Shown piece after piece: positions 13,434 through 26,280 of a DNA stretch of 64,000 nucleotides; within the stretch, counting starts at the first letter, position 1; the number at the start of each line of letters is the position of its first letter. A program made the translations under genes and the position numbers. The DNA is from Octopus vulgaris. Lineage: Eukaryota. The DNA lies in contig OX597823.1 of assembly GCA_951406725.2 (NCBI GenBank), forward strand, positions 104,346,001-104,410,000, in the 5' to 3' direction. The notes below the pieces were generated by a model. It ran no database searches. It saw nothing but the letters and a program-made list of their open reading frames with translations, and was not told the origin of the DNA.

Positions 13434-13473
<40 letters not shown>

Positions 13474-14138
13474 CATACATATAGGGATCATATATATATA
13501 CATATATATATACATACAGGGATCATATATATATATATATATATATACATATAGGGATCATATATATATATGTAGTTGTGATACCAGTGCCGGTGGCACG
13601 TAAAAGAACCATCCGAACATGGCTGTTGCCAGCGCCGCCTCGACTGGCCTCCGTGCCGGTGGCACATAAAAAGCACCAACCGATCGTGATTGTTGCCAGC
13701 CTCGCCTGGCACTTGTGCCGGTGGTACGTAAAAAGCACCCACTACACTCACAGAGTGGTTGGCGTTAGGAAGGGCATCTAGCTGTATAAAAACTGCCAGA
13801 TCTGACTGGGCCTTAGTGCAGCCTCCTGGCTTCCCAGACCCCAGTCGAACTGTCCAACCCATGCTAGCATGGAAAGCAGACGTTAAACGATGATGATGAT
13901 GATGATGATATATATATATATATAAACATACTTTTGTTTTTATTAGAAGCACTGAAATGTGTATTGCGTTAAAAAAAATATCATTATCTTTGTATTGCAT
14001 GTGTGTGTATGTGTATATGAGACAGACAAGCAGACAAAGAAATAAAACAGCCAAATGAGAATCAAACATACATCATTAAAATAGCCTTAGACAACAAAGA
14101 AACTAAAACATTATATATTCGTCAAATAAATCACTCAC

Positions 14139-14260
14139 CATCCTTATCAATGACATGTCCTCTCTGTTTCTTCTTCTTCCGACATATACAGTAGATGATA
14201 GCAGAAATGATTGCTACAGTGATGATGACACCAATCACAATACCAACAATACCACCAGTA
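14139..14260 (-). CDS. Exon 4: transmembrane helix, juxtamembrane Cys and basic stop-transfer (TGGIVGIVIGVIITVAIISAIIYCICRKKKKQRGHVIDKD)
   Basis: Acceptor TTTTTCTTGTAG, donor G|GTGAGT, phase 2-1 matching both neighbours. Confidence 0.92.
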
Positions 14261-16315
14261 CTACAAGAAAAATGACATACAATAAAAGAAAAAAAAGGAA
14301 ACAATATAAAAATGCTTTTCACAGAAATCAAGATAGGGTTCTAAATAGCACTAGTTTAGAATAGCTCAGGACTTCTCCATCTTCCCTCTCTTGTTAATAT
14401 ACTGTACATTAATTCATTCTCTCTGAAAGTAGTTCATCGGAATAAATAAAATTCTCAAGCATTCCCACTGAATAAATCTGTAGCAGACAGAGAGTTAAAT
14501 CGGTTGAGCACCAAATGAAATACTTGTGATACTTAGCTATGGCATTTCACATCTTAAGTGCAAATTCTAACTAGACCCACCCTGCTTTCCATATTTCTAG
14601 GGTTAATAAAATACAGACCAATTGATGAAGTAAGTACTGAGATCAGTACCTATTTTACCAATTAGAAGGCAGTGCTCCAGTCTGGCCACAGTTCAATGAC
14701 AAGTAAATGAATAAAAGGAAAAGGGATCTTTTTATACTCATGACAACAAGGCAATAATCTGAAGGGTTGCATTTATGATGAGGAAGATAGAGAATCTTCA
14801 ATTTTATAAATTCCTACATTATGCAGCTAATATTTAGTATTTGAAGATTGGGACTTCATCAACAGGTGATTTCAAGTGGGTTACCCACCCCTTCTCTATA
14901 AGAGTGCACATCCTGCAAGAATGAGAAGCCAAATCTTCCTCAAATCACATTCAAACATTCAATGAAGAAGAAAAAAATCACATCAGATAATGTAATTTGA
15001 GTATATCTTGAAAAAGAAAATAAAGAGACAGGGTGGTCACGACTGGAATACTTTTGATCATGAGTTTATTCAATCATGGCAGACTTGCATCAACAACAAT
15101 ATCATGAAGACAAAAGCTGAACAAATTTACAGCTAAAAAAACAAAGGGTTTCACTCATACATTTGCATACTTTGGATGTTAATTTTGTGTTATACATAAC
15201 ATTATGATATTAAACTTTCAACCAAAAATCAGTAAATCTGGATTTCAGTTCAACAAAACCTGTATATAATTCTGATGACTCCCTTTAGCAGAGTCGACGT
15301 AGGCTGAAAAGAACCTAACAATACCAGATCCAGTTACAAAGAGTGAAATAATGTTAAATATTAATTAACTCAATATCATGCTCATATACCATTAGCATTA
15401 TTATGCTTTTGTACCTAATTCTATTTGCACCTAAGAATATTAAACCAATTTTAGTATTTGACTCATATAATGTTTTACCAAGCCTAGAAAGATGAAAGGC
15501 AAAGTTGACCTTCATAGAATTTGAACTCTGAAAATGAAAAGTTACAACCAAGTACTGCATAGTGTTTTGCTTGATGCCCTACTGAATCTGCCATTTCCAC
15601 ATAGCCAGTAATGTCCTTTCCTCTAGACGTTAACTGACAAAAAATGTTTTATCCTAGTGAATGAAATTTATACAGTGGTTTCTACCCGTTTACTACAAAT
15701 ACCCAGTTTGTGCCTCTGAAAGATATATATATATACTATATAGCTACACTGTTAACAGCTGGAAAGAAAAACAGAGTACTCAGTACTGTATTAGAGAATA
15801 ATATATTTTATTTTGGTCGTCAGTTTCTTGCTACTCTGACTTTCACCAATGGGTGCAAAGAATCTTTGAGGCAGGTTATGATTTGCCTGAAAATCCCGTG
15901 CACTTACTGATAAAATTCAGAATAGCAAGAAACTGGCTTGACCAAAAGAATATACATTCACACATAAATATATCGCTATCTCATATGCATATCCTAAAAT
16001 TTCAAACAAATTAATTTTAATATGGGGTAGGGCTGCCTTTGGCAGTAATTACAGCTTGAATTCTATGAGTTATAGACTCATACAAAGTTTGAATTGTTTT
16101 CAAAGGAATTTTTGTCCAATTTTCAGCTAAAACAGTCTCCAGTTCTTGTACCACACCTCAAGAGAAAAAAAACTAATACAATGCAATACTGGGGAAAAGT
16201 TTGTACACACCCAACAGCAGAAAAGAGCACACAATGATGCAGACACCCCAGCAACATGGAGGTGTAGCAGGTGATGCAGTAGTAATTTGCCTCAACCTAC
16301 CAAATGTTGAACAGT

Positions 16316-16358
<43 letters not shown>

Positions 16359-16533
16359 CAAGTAAAAACTGGTTGGTTTTTGTAGATTAGCCCAAGGCAA
16401 GAACCTTGATTCTGCAGACATGATCAAAAGCATTCTAATGTTGAGCATACAGTCTCTTTTGTCTGTCAAGTACTACATTGAGGAAAGTGACCAGTTATGT
16501 TGAAACCATCTGAGAAATGAAAATAGCAATTAC

Positions 16534-16681
16534 GTTTTAGTTGCAGCACAGCATCTCTGTTGTCCTTCTGGTCCACAACAGTGAGTAAGACTGTCACTTT
16601 CGTAATGTCTAGGGCATATAAACATCTTATAGACTGTACCATTTTCATCAGCATCAACATAGTTGGAACAAATGGTTGGTC
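16534..16681 (-). CDS. Exon 3: Shisa-like cysteine-rich ectodomain PTICSNYVDADENGTVYKMFICPRHYESDSLTHCCGPEGQQRCCAATK
   Basis: Acceptor CTTTTATTTTTAG, donor AC|GTAATT, phase 1-2. Pattern C-x17-C(P)-x11-CCG-x6-CC with an F-x-CP motif and an NGT sequon. This frame is not in the ORF track (no Met). Confidence 0.9.
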
Positions 16682-17734
16682 CTAAAAATAAAAGAATAGA
16701 AAAACATAATTTTTTTTTTTTAAATCAAAGATGAGCATTTTTTTAACAGGAAAGTTATACAACATATAAATAAAAGTACTTCAAAAGACATGAAAGTAAA
16801 TTTAACGTCATCAATATAATTAAATTAAACATAGACTAATGTGTTTTCTTTTTCTTTTCTTATTTGCCCTTTTTCTCTCCTAGCTGCTATTGGATTCTAA
16901 CATGAGGTTTGCTAATTCCCACTGAATTGGGAATTCAGTCTGAAATTCTCCATAAACTGGAAACATAGCCACTTGTTTGATAGGTTTCAGATTCTATATA
17001 TCCAAGTATATTGCCCCATAGTCTTCTTATAGAGTCTAGTGATAGATTTATATCTATATTTTCTGGCATACAAATTAACATAGTAAGTAGCATAAACCTT
17101 GTCAATATCTTTTCGAATCCTGCTGCATTTCACATAGAATTTTTGGTCCTCCAAAGTCATTTTGGTGCTTAAGCCAACCTACCTCATTTGGCTGTAAATT
17201 TCGGTGTAAAAAATTTGATTTGTGTGATGGAAAATACAGTTGCAACTCGAAGAATATGTTTTTATTCACTTCATATGTTTTCTTATCGTTTTTATTATCC
17301 AATTGGAAAAATTGGTTAAAGTTTTTGATGCAGCTTGTTTTCATTTTTATGTCATTTCATTTAGATGATACTCCTATTTTTGTTTCTGTTGTAGTCCTTT
17401 CTAACAACCCCATGTACCTATCTCTGTTCTAGCAAATCAATCTGATTCATATTTCAGGCTTCTGACTATACAATATATAAAAACACTTTTTGACCTGTAC
17501 CTCCTATATACACATACACATTTTCTTTTGCTTTCTCCAATTATAATCCATTAGAAAAACTATTTTATGCAGAGAGGAGGAAATCCTACCTTTCCTCCTC
17601 TATACACCATTATTACAATTATTATTTTATCATTTCTGAGTTACTCTTATTTCTTTTTAGTCCCATCAAATTAATTTTGTTTCTTCTTTTTTTTATTCCT
17701 AATTTTTCCTATACCTATATATATATATAGGGGA

Positions 17735-17915
17735 GGGGGTTCATGAAAAGAACAAAAGATGAAGACAGGTGGTGTACAAAACAAACAGATGTGTTAGTAT
17801 AATGCTCAGGAATTGAAAAAGTCTTTTACGTTTTGAGCCTATGCTCTTCTACAGAAAAGGACACAGAAAAAAAAACAAAGAGAGAAACAAGGAGAGAAAA
17901 AAATGTGTGTAGTAG
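17735..17915 (-). mobile_element. Possible Penelope-like fragment with a variant minimal hammerhead at 17821-17862
   Basis: Minus strand reads GTCCTTTT-CTGTAGAAGAGC-ATAG-GCTC-AAAACGT-AAAAGAC; adjacent to (TA)n; the core is non-canonical. Confidence 0.35.
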
Positions 17916-18254
17916 CTACGGATATCTTTCAAATTTTATCAAAAACCCTAATTCAAGGTTTCACCCTACTCGCTCCATATGTGCTTTTCTTCATAATTCT
18001 CCAGAGGTGGGCTTCATTACTATATACACATTAATTTATTCCTACTGCACATTAGTTTGACAAGATCATGAGACTAAAACATTCTGCAACTTTTTTACCA
18101 GTCATCAATTACATTGCGACTATCAAATTTTAATCACAAGGAATTGGTCAAGCTAAAGTACAGCAAAGAGACTTGCCCAACATGTCCTACTGTAAGATCA
18201 AACATGGAACCAGCTGGTTATAAAGCAAACTTCTTAACCATATGACACGCATAA

Positions 18255-18832
18255 TCTATCCCTTAGCATTCAAGCCAGCCATAGCCAGCCCAAATATTCT
18301 ACCTGCTTTATGATCAAACCAACCAGCCCCAGCCCAACACATCTACTCAACAATATCACTCTAAAAATAAACAATCACATTGTTGACATCTTAGAGCTAC
18401 AGGATAATGCATAAGTAATTCAAATTGATATGAATAAATAAGCATATATTACACAGAGTAATCTGAATGCTAAAGTGTTACATGTTACATGTCCCTATCA
18501 ACAGCCATCTCTTACACAGAGAAAGGAAGTGGCCAATACCTTTCTTAGACAGTTACCTCTTTAGCTCACTTATGTACAGTCTAACCAACAAGTTTAAAGA
18601 TAGATATTAGCAGCCAGGTAACCATTTAACATTCAGAGTATCCTGTCAAATTTAATGCTTATCTATTCATATTGTTTTGAATTAACCATGCATTTTTTCA
18701 TATCTTCAAGATTTCAAAGAAGTAATTGTTTATGTTCAGAATAACATTGCAGGGTAGGTGTGGCCAATTGGAACATAAAACAGCTGGGATATTTGAGCCG
18801 GATATGACAAGTATAAATGCTAAAAGGTTAAG
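18255..18832. mobile_element. Two old MITEs in opposite orientation with TTAACCCTTTAGCATT-like ends (piggyBac-like)
   Basis: CCCTTAGCATTCA…TGAATGCTAAAGTGTTA (18259-18479) and TAACCATTTAACATTCAG…AATGCTAAAAGGTTAA (18619-18831). Confidence 0.5.
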
Positions 18833-19648
18833 AAACTAGACTTGTAAAAGAAATGAATTTGTTCACCTTATAAGCCAAAATTTAAGAAAACATTACAATT
18901 GAGCATAATTATCTGACTTATAATAGCATATAAATAGCATGAGAGAAGTATTTAGGAAGAGCACCATCTAAGCATGATCATTGCCAGAGCAGCCAACTGG
19001 CTTCCATGCCGTGGCACGTAAAAGGGCACCATTTGAATGTGATCATTACCAACGTCGCCTTACTGGCACCTGTGCCAGTGGCATGTGTAAAAAGATTTGA
19101 GCGAGGTCATTGCCAGAACCGCCTGACTGGCCCCGTGCCGATGGCATGTAAAAAGCACCCACTACACTCTCGAAGGGGTTGGCATTAGGAAGTGCATACA
19201 GCTGTAGAAACTCTGCCAGATCAAGATTGGGGCCTGGTGCAGCCATCTGGTTCACTAGCCCCCAGTCAAAATCGTCCAATCCATGCTAAATGGACGTTAA
19301 ATGATGATGATGATGATGATGATGTAAAGTTACTAATAAACTATTATCAGAGAAACATATAACTAAAGAATCTTCTTTGATCTGATACTAATTGTACACA
19401 ACTTATTAAGCTCCTTATAATAATCTTACCAACTTTACGTTGGCATTTGATTTATTTCCAATGTTCTGCATACTTTTTAAAATCTTCATTCCTTTCCATT
19501 TTGTTTATGTTTTATATGTTCTTTAAGCAGTCACAACTGAAATGCATTTCACAGCACCACATCAAGAAGAATCTCTGTCCCCCATTAGCTTGGGTAAGTC
19601 CTCACTGTCATGCATTTTTCTGCCAATAGCAACAATGTAGTTCAGTGT

Positions 19649-19697
19649 TCACCACTGATGATGGGCACAAATAGCCCAAAACTGCTTGCTCTGATGA
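19649..19697 (+). ncRNA. Degenerate second copy of the same hammerhead motif
   Basis: TCACCA-CTGATGA-T-GGGC-acaaata-GCCC-AAAAC…; GAAA is mutated to AAAA; lies in the first copy of a ~210-bp direct repeat. Confidence 0.55.
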
Positions 19698-20099
19698 TCC
19701 CATTGTCTGCTAGAAGATGGTAGGGGTTCACTCCCCTGCTGGCAATACGTACCGGGTGCAGACTGCATTGATAACCAGCTGGAGGAAGCTCTTCCTAAGG
19801 TTAAAAACTGTAATAACGTCAAACAGTCATATCGATATGGCTATAAACATTACTTCTCAGTGTAGTTGCTACACTGTTATAGAGATTTTCTGACTAACTA
19901 ATTTGCATGGCTGTCACTAGTTTTCTATATATTGCAAACTGGAACAAATTCTTGTTATCTCTAGCAATTATGTTGTTGTGAAACCTAGCAATAATTACTA
20001 AAGCACAATACAACATAGGTTCTGAATGTATTTTAATAAGTATTCCAAGGTACTACTGTAAGAAACCCACAAAGGCCTTCTTCTCTAGCAGCCGGGTGT

Positions 20100-20148
20100 T
20101 TACCACTGATGACGGGCACAAATAGCCCGAAACCATTCAGTCTGGTGA
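20100..20148 (+). ncRNA. Minimal type-I hammerhead ribozyme motif (Penelope-like element/retrozyme type)
   Basis: TTACCA-CTGATGA-C-GGGC-acaaata-GCCC-GAAA-C-cattca-GTC-TGGTGA: intact core, 4-bp stem II, 6-bp stem I, minimal stem III. Confidence 0.75.
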
Positions 20149-21294
20149 TCCTGTCATCTGCTAGAAGTTGGTGGGGGTTCATTCCCCTGCTTGCAATATA
20201 TACTGGGTGCAGATTTCATCAATAACCAGCTGGAGGAGGCTCTTCCTGGGGTTAAAAACAGTAGTAACATTGAACAGTCATATTGATGTCACAATAAACA
20301 TTACTTTAAACATAATAATTTCAAAATTAAAATTACTGAAACTATAGCCAAACACAGTTGATGACTTGGTGGTTTTTATAGATGAATGCCCTTCCTATCA
20401 CCAAGCACTTTACAGTATGATACTAAGCATATTGTGTCATAACATTGATGCTTGAAAGATCATCAATATGACTAAAGAATTCTCGTTACTGAGTATCAGT
20501 TTTTATTCAGAATTAATGCTCTCCTAAAAGGTTACCTTTGCTACGGTTTACCTATCCTTTATACAATTAGAGTAGACCCTTTTCTGCTAGGTTTGTTCAA
20601 AGTGCCCAACTTCTTAGATGGGTCCCTTTATTATAGCTGAGAGACCATATCCCTTTATGATGTAGGAAGGAAAGTGGTTAAGTTATAGCTATCATGAGGA
20701 TTCATAATGGCTTTCTAAGGCTACTGGACATAGAAGTTGTCTCCTTTATACACATAGGAGAAAAGAGCTTACAGTAGTAATCTGAAGCTGCTTGGAAAGA
20801 AGCAAAAGTTTAGCTCCAAGAGGAATTTATCATGTTAGATCTAATGATAGCTTGGCATGCACTGCCAGGAAAAACAGAAGAGATGGAAAAGTGCTTCCTG
20901 AAATTTATTTTACATGATATTGATAACTGGCAATTTTACAAAATAATTTATAACAAATAAACAGCCATTAATAATAAATAGTAGGCATAATTAATATAGC
21001 CATGATATCTCTTTGCTCATTATTTTGCTCCACAGTTCACTTTAGGTCTTTGATTCAATGTCAGATTTGTTTACATGAGAAAAATTACATGCTTTCAGTT
21101 TGTTTGATCAAATATAGAGATATTACTTAAGTTATTGCCCAAGATGGCTGGGGAAAGCTGTGTTTCCATAATGCTAAGTAGAAGGGCTCATTTTGCTACA
21201 AAGGGAACTTAGCATGAAAAGAACTGACACTGGCTCAATCTGAAATTGCCACATGCAGTGGAGTGGGCAGGAAAGCCTGGCCTATATTAAGATC

Positions 21295-22160
21295 TCTCAG
21301 ATCGCTCCTTCCAAGTCCAAGTTAATGGTTCACTGTCCAATGTCTCTAGTGTGAGCAGTGGTGCACCTCAAGGTTCAGTGCTTGGGCCGTTATTGTTTTT
21401 AGGCTTCATCAATGACTTGCCTGACGACCTCACACAACACACCCTTCTATTTGCCGACGATGTCAAACTGGTCGCTCCTCGCAATGATATAGATGATCTT
21501 CGCCGATGCCTCCACTAAGTTTGGAGATGGTCAAACGAATGAGACCTGTGTCTGAACGTGTTAAAGTGCTGTCATCTGCCTGTTGGCTCCTCTCGTGCAA
21601 CTCAACTTGATTTCAAGCCGGGTCATCTGCTGCTGGAGAAGACCGACCAGGTAAAGGACCTGGGTAGCTTGCTGGATTCTTCCTTTTCGCCTTCGGCTCA
21701 ATGTGTCCATGCTGCCAACAAAGCATGAGGAGTTCTGTTTTTGATTCAACAGTCATTCGGAATGCTCACAGCAGCCATATTCCTACTGCTCTATGTCACG
21801 CTGGTGAGACCCATATTGGAGTACGGGATTCAAGCCTCTTCTTATCTCCTAAAAGACATCATAAGTGGAAAGTGTAACCTCTCGAAAGAGCTGTTCTTCA
21901 CTCCTGCTCCGGAGCGTGGGCTGCGGGGTCACTCCGAAAAGCTCTATCTACGACGATTTCATCACAATAGGAGAGGGGCTTTCTCCGCCTGGGTTGCGGA
22001 TCCATGGAATAAGCTGCCAGACGAGATAGTGAAGATGCTGACAACCGCTCGGTTCAAAGTCTCTCTTGACCAGAAATGGCCTGAACTCTTTGTATGACCA
22101 CCCTCCCTGTCCCACCTACATGGCCTTGCTTTTGCTTTTTGAGCCAATAAAAATTGAATT
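21295..22160 (+). mobile_element. 5'-truncated CR1-clade LINE (reverse transcriptase remnant)
   Basis: Translates as …VSSGAPQGSVLGPLLFLGFINDLPD…LFADDVKL…LVRPILEYG…LRGHSEKL…WNKLP with stops and an internal deletion. Confidence 0.9.
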
Positions 22161-23417
22161 GAAAAAGAGTGACCCAAGTAGGGGGAAGATAGGTAAGTTA
22201 GCAGTTTTGTTACTTGGCATACCAAAATATGATAAATTTTCTGAATATTGAAAGTTTGTATTTTTAATATCTCTGTACAGTGTCTAAATATGTCATTTTC
22301 TCAGAATATGTTTAGATATATGACACAGAAATGATTACTTGTCTCTATTCACTAGATAATGTCAATGGAATAAGCTGCCGGGCGAGATAGTGAAGATGCT
22401 GTTATCTAGTGAATATTTTTTTCAATGGGACGAAGATTAATGAAAGATCCTGGTGAAAACAGCTAGAAAACTTGTTCAAGAAATGTTTGAAGTAATAAGA
22501 TACATCATCATCATCATCATCGTTTAACGTCCGCTTTCCATGCTAGCATGGGTTGGATGAATGACTGAGGGCTGGTGAACCAGATGGCTGCACCAGGCTT
22601 CAATCTTGATCTGGCAGAGTTTCTACAGCTGGATGCCCTTCCTAACACCAACCACTCCGAGAGTGTAGTGGGTACTTTTACATGCCACCGGCACGGGGCC
22701 AGTCAGGCGGTACTGGCAACGACCTCGCTCGAATCTTTTACACATGCCACCGGCACAGGTGCCAGTAAGGCGATGCTGGTAACAATCACGCTCGAATGGT
22801 GTCTTTTACGTGCCACCAGCACGGAGGCCAGATAGCCGCTCTGGCAACAATCATGCTCAGATGGTGCTCTTAATACCCTACTAGCACAGGGCTCGAGTGC
22901 CAGTAAGACGACGCTGGTAATGATCACGCTCGAATGGTGCCTTTTAAGTGCCATTGGCACAGAAGCCGGTTAGCCGCTCTGTCAATGATCACACTCATAT
23001 GGTGCTCTTTGCACATCGAATTTGATTTTAATTTTGATTACTGATAAATATGAGAATTCAAACTAAATATTGATGAATCACATTGAAAACATGACATTTA
23101 TACAAAAAAAAAATAGCAGCAGGGACACAATCTATTCCTTAAAGAGAAGCACTCATCTCCTGGTCACCATGAGGAATTGCATGCAGGTTAAAAAGCAGAT
23201 GTAGGAAGATATGTTTGTTGAAGAGATGATTCTTTTGTAAATGATATAGAGTTTGGTTTCTTCTATATCTGAAAATATTGTTTGTCATTTAGCACTATTT
23301 GGGATTTGTTCTGAAATGAAATTCATAATGTTGTTGGTTATTCTAAAAAAGAATTAAATACCAAAAATGAAATGCAAATCATGTAATAGATAAGAATTAA
23401 TAGTTATTTATACTTAC

Positions 23418-23669
23418 TTCGGGAAGGGTGTGTATAGTACATACGACGACTCATGTACATCCGAGAACCTATGTACAACAAACCACCGGCTACTAGTGCT
23501 TGTTTCCAACCAATTGATGATATCTTGTTTCGGGTAAAAGAAATTGACCGACCATATTTTGTTCGGAGTGTACTTCTTGATAAACTAGTTCTAGAATATC
23601 TCCTTGTAGATCTTCTGGCATAAGATATTCTGGTGGAACTGCTTCTTCTTGCATCACAAAATTCCACAA
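23418..23669 (-). CDS. Exon 2: signal-peptide end, Arg/Ser-rich basic region and hydrophobic KQALVAGGLLYIG segment
   Basis: Long polypyrimidine acceptor (TTTTTTTTTTCCTTTTTTCAG), donor A|GTAAGT, 252 nt open, phase 1-1; lies in ORF 23404..23667. Confidence 0.88.
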
Positions 23670-23727
23670 CTGAAAAAAGGAAAAAAAAAACTTCATGTCA
23701 TATAGTTATTCTTTAGTTGTTTCAAAT

Positions 23728-25392
23728 TGTTGTGGAAGGATTCTAGCCACCTCCATGTGACTAAAAGTGGACTGACACATTGCTATGAAATAAATAATTA
23801 TCGGCAGTTCAGCAAGAACAGGGAATGCAAGAGGTTTAAAATGGATAAACTAACTCCAGATTCGTTGGAATACCTGATATTTGCACAGAGACTTACTACT
23901 AAAAAGGATGCAGAAGTCAGAATGAAAATCTTGGAAAGCTGAAAATGAACCAGGATATAACCCTACAGAAACTGTCAGAAGAATGCAATATGATATTAAA
24001 AGTAAGACATAACACAGAGGAAATCCAATGCAGAGATTGTTTCCAGATAAAACCAGTGCAGAAGAGTCTGAAGATGGATAAAGTGTTTCACAAAAAACAC
24101 AATAAACATCAGGATATAAGCCTATGTATAGCATGTGGTGGTATGCACCTGAAGAAAGATTGTCCATTCAAAAAAGCAAAGTGTTTTCATTGTGGGAATA
24201 CAAGACATATTAAATCGCACTGCAGATGATGAAAATTTGGAACAAACAAGAAAAAAATAAATAGTTTGTTGTCAGAAAAAGAGTTAATACAGTGAACAGA
24301 AAATTCATCAAGGTGAAAATCAAAACCACAAGTGTCAAACTGCAATTAGACATGGGAAGTGACATCACTATCATAAATGAGAAAACATGGGGAAAAAATC
24401 GGTAAGCCGAAATTATTTAGATCAAATAAAGTAGCATATGGTGTTACTGGAAGGAAATTATATTTTATCGGCGAATGCCTTTGCAATGTAACTTCTCAAG
24501 ATAAGATGAAAAGGACAAATATTTGTGTTGAAAAAATCACTAAACTTATTTGGTACAGAACGCATGGGGTTATTTAAAATGTGGGATACAGACATAAGTG
24601 TTCTCTGTGGAAATCTAGTTGGGATGGTCAAAGGCTCGAATGAAGTCAAAGAACTGAGACAAAAAATAAAAAAATTATTTCCAAATGTTTTTTTGGAAGG
24701 ATTGGGCTGTTGCCCTAAAACAAAAGTGAGGATTGCTGTAAAAGAAAATGCAACACTTGTTTTTAGGCCAAAACAGAACGTGGCGTTTGCGGCAATAGAA
24801 CTGGTCAACAAAAACTGGAAAGTCTAGCTATAATTGAAAAAAATCAACCACTGAAAAAAAAGAAGAAATTAGAGTGTGTGAAGATTTCTCAACAGAATTA
24901 AATGACTGTTTAGTTGAACACACAAGCCCAGAAGAAGTATTTTCAAAACTAAATGGAGGAAAAAATTTCGCAAAATTAAAGAAAAAACTCAAAAAAGTGA
25001 ATAAAGTAAAAAAAAGGAAAAATCTAAAAGGAGATGTTGTAGTGGAAATGGTACACCTCTCCCACGGGATAAGTGGTATGTGCAGCCACTATAAAGTGAG
25101 ACGATGTCAACCAATACAGGGGGTCATGTATTAGTCATCATACGAGTCATCATACGAGTTCTCAGTAGGAGTTAAGAGTCAGTTGTGTGTTATAGTTGAT
25201 TTCAAGTCACAGTCAACGTAGACGCTTCAAATTCAGTGTCTTGCAGAGCTCTCAGTGATAGCACGATAGATAAAGCAGTGTATTACCGTTCTGGCATAAA
25301 AGAGATACACTGCATCCGATACCAAGAAAATATCATGGCTACTAGAGTAGATACAACAGCTACAGTCACAACAGTTGCCACACATTATAACT
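23728..25392 (+). mobile_element. Decayed Ty3/Gypsy LTR retrotransposon (gag Zn knuckles, protease, RT fragments, probable 3' LTR ~25034-25392)
   Basis: CIACGGMH…CPFKKAKCFHCGNTRHIKSHC; LDMGSDITII protease-like motif; DFSTELNDCL…EEVFSKLNGGK; purine tract AAAAGGAGA immediately before TGTTGTAG. Confidence 0.8.
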
Positions 25393-25999
25393 GTGGAAAA
25401 CACCAAATCATAACAATTTTCAAATCATTTTAACTGAAGTACCAAGAAAAATAAAGAAATGAAGTTCATATTCACATGGATTTCATTTTGCTATGAAATT
25501 GAGGTCACTAGGAGGACCTTTTAGCTAGTATGGGATTGAGGATCAAACCAACTGGATTTGCTATTTTTACAGTTTATTAGTTTGCTCAGCTAACTCTCTC
25601 AAGATATTGGGACAAAGTAGCAGGAGGTTTACCTATTAAAATATGAACAAAACTGTTCCAGACACAGCTTTCATAATTGTACAACAATTATGTTGTGAAA
25701 CCTAGCAATAATTACTAAAGCACAATACAACATAGGTTCTGAATGAACATACTCATATTCATGTGTATTTAGTCTCACAATAAAACTAAGCCCACAAAGG
25801 ACCTTTTGAACAAGGGATGAAGATCAAACCAGCAAGTTTCAGTCTTCACAGTTCCTCGAGGTTTTACACTTCCCTCTCTCAACGTACCACAATAAAATAG
25901 CAGACAGCTACTAATGTAACTATTGCAGGCTGTCAGTCATATCATTTAGCAAAATGAATTATGCCTGGGATAACCTTGTTTATCTATAATATATAAGTA

Positions 26000-26280
26000 C
26001 TAGCAGTATCGTCCGGCATTGCTCGGGTTTGTTTTGACCCTTTAGAATTGGAATTTTTGAAAAGTAAAAATTTTGCATTATGTAGCTTGTTATTCTCTTT
26101 AAGTGAACATTTTTCTGGCTGAAATACACCGGAAAATGGCAACACAGCAGTCAAAAAATCGTAAAAAATAGGGATCTTCATAGAAAAAAAGCACCTTTTT
26201 GATGTAAATAATTTTTGGTGTTAGTTGAAGGCTATCAAACCTGCCATACACAGACAACTTCAGCTTTATATATAGAGAGA
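26000..26280 (-). mobile_element. Non-autonomous Helitron
   Basis: Minus strand starts TC(TCTCTATATATAAAG) and ends with a GC hairpin plus CTAG, inserted between A and T; internally deleted relative to the 48552 copy. Confidence 0.85.

Larger units (their letters stand above)
11573..13436. mobile_element. Non-autonomous DNA transposon/foldback element bounded by ~128-bp inverted repeats, with a nested RTE-tail insertion
   Basis: 11573-11700 is the reverse complement of 13309-13436 with one mismatch seen; the internal segment 13187-13245 recurs at 10232-10290. Confidence 0.7.
19644..20306 (+). mobile_element. Two diverged ~210-bp direct repeats (19644-19855, 20095-20306), Penelope-like pseudo-LTR/retrozyme-like
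   Basis: Shared sequence from GTGTT(C/T)ACCACTGATGA through …ATAACCAGCTGGAGG…GGTTAAAAAC…AACAGTCATAT…ATAAACATTACTT; each copy begins with a hammerhead motif. Confidence 0.6.
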
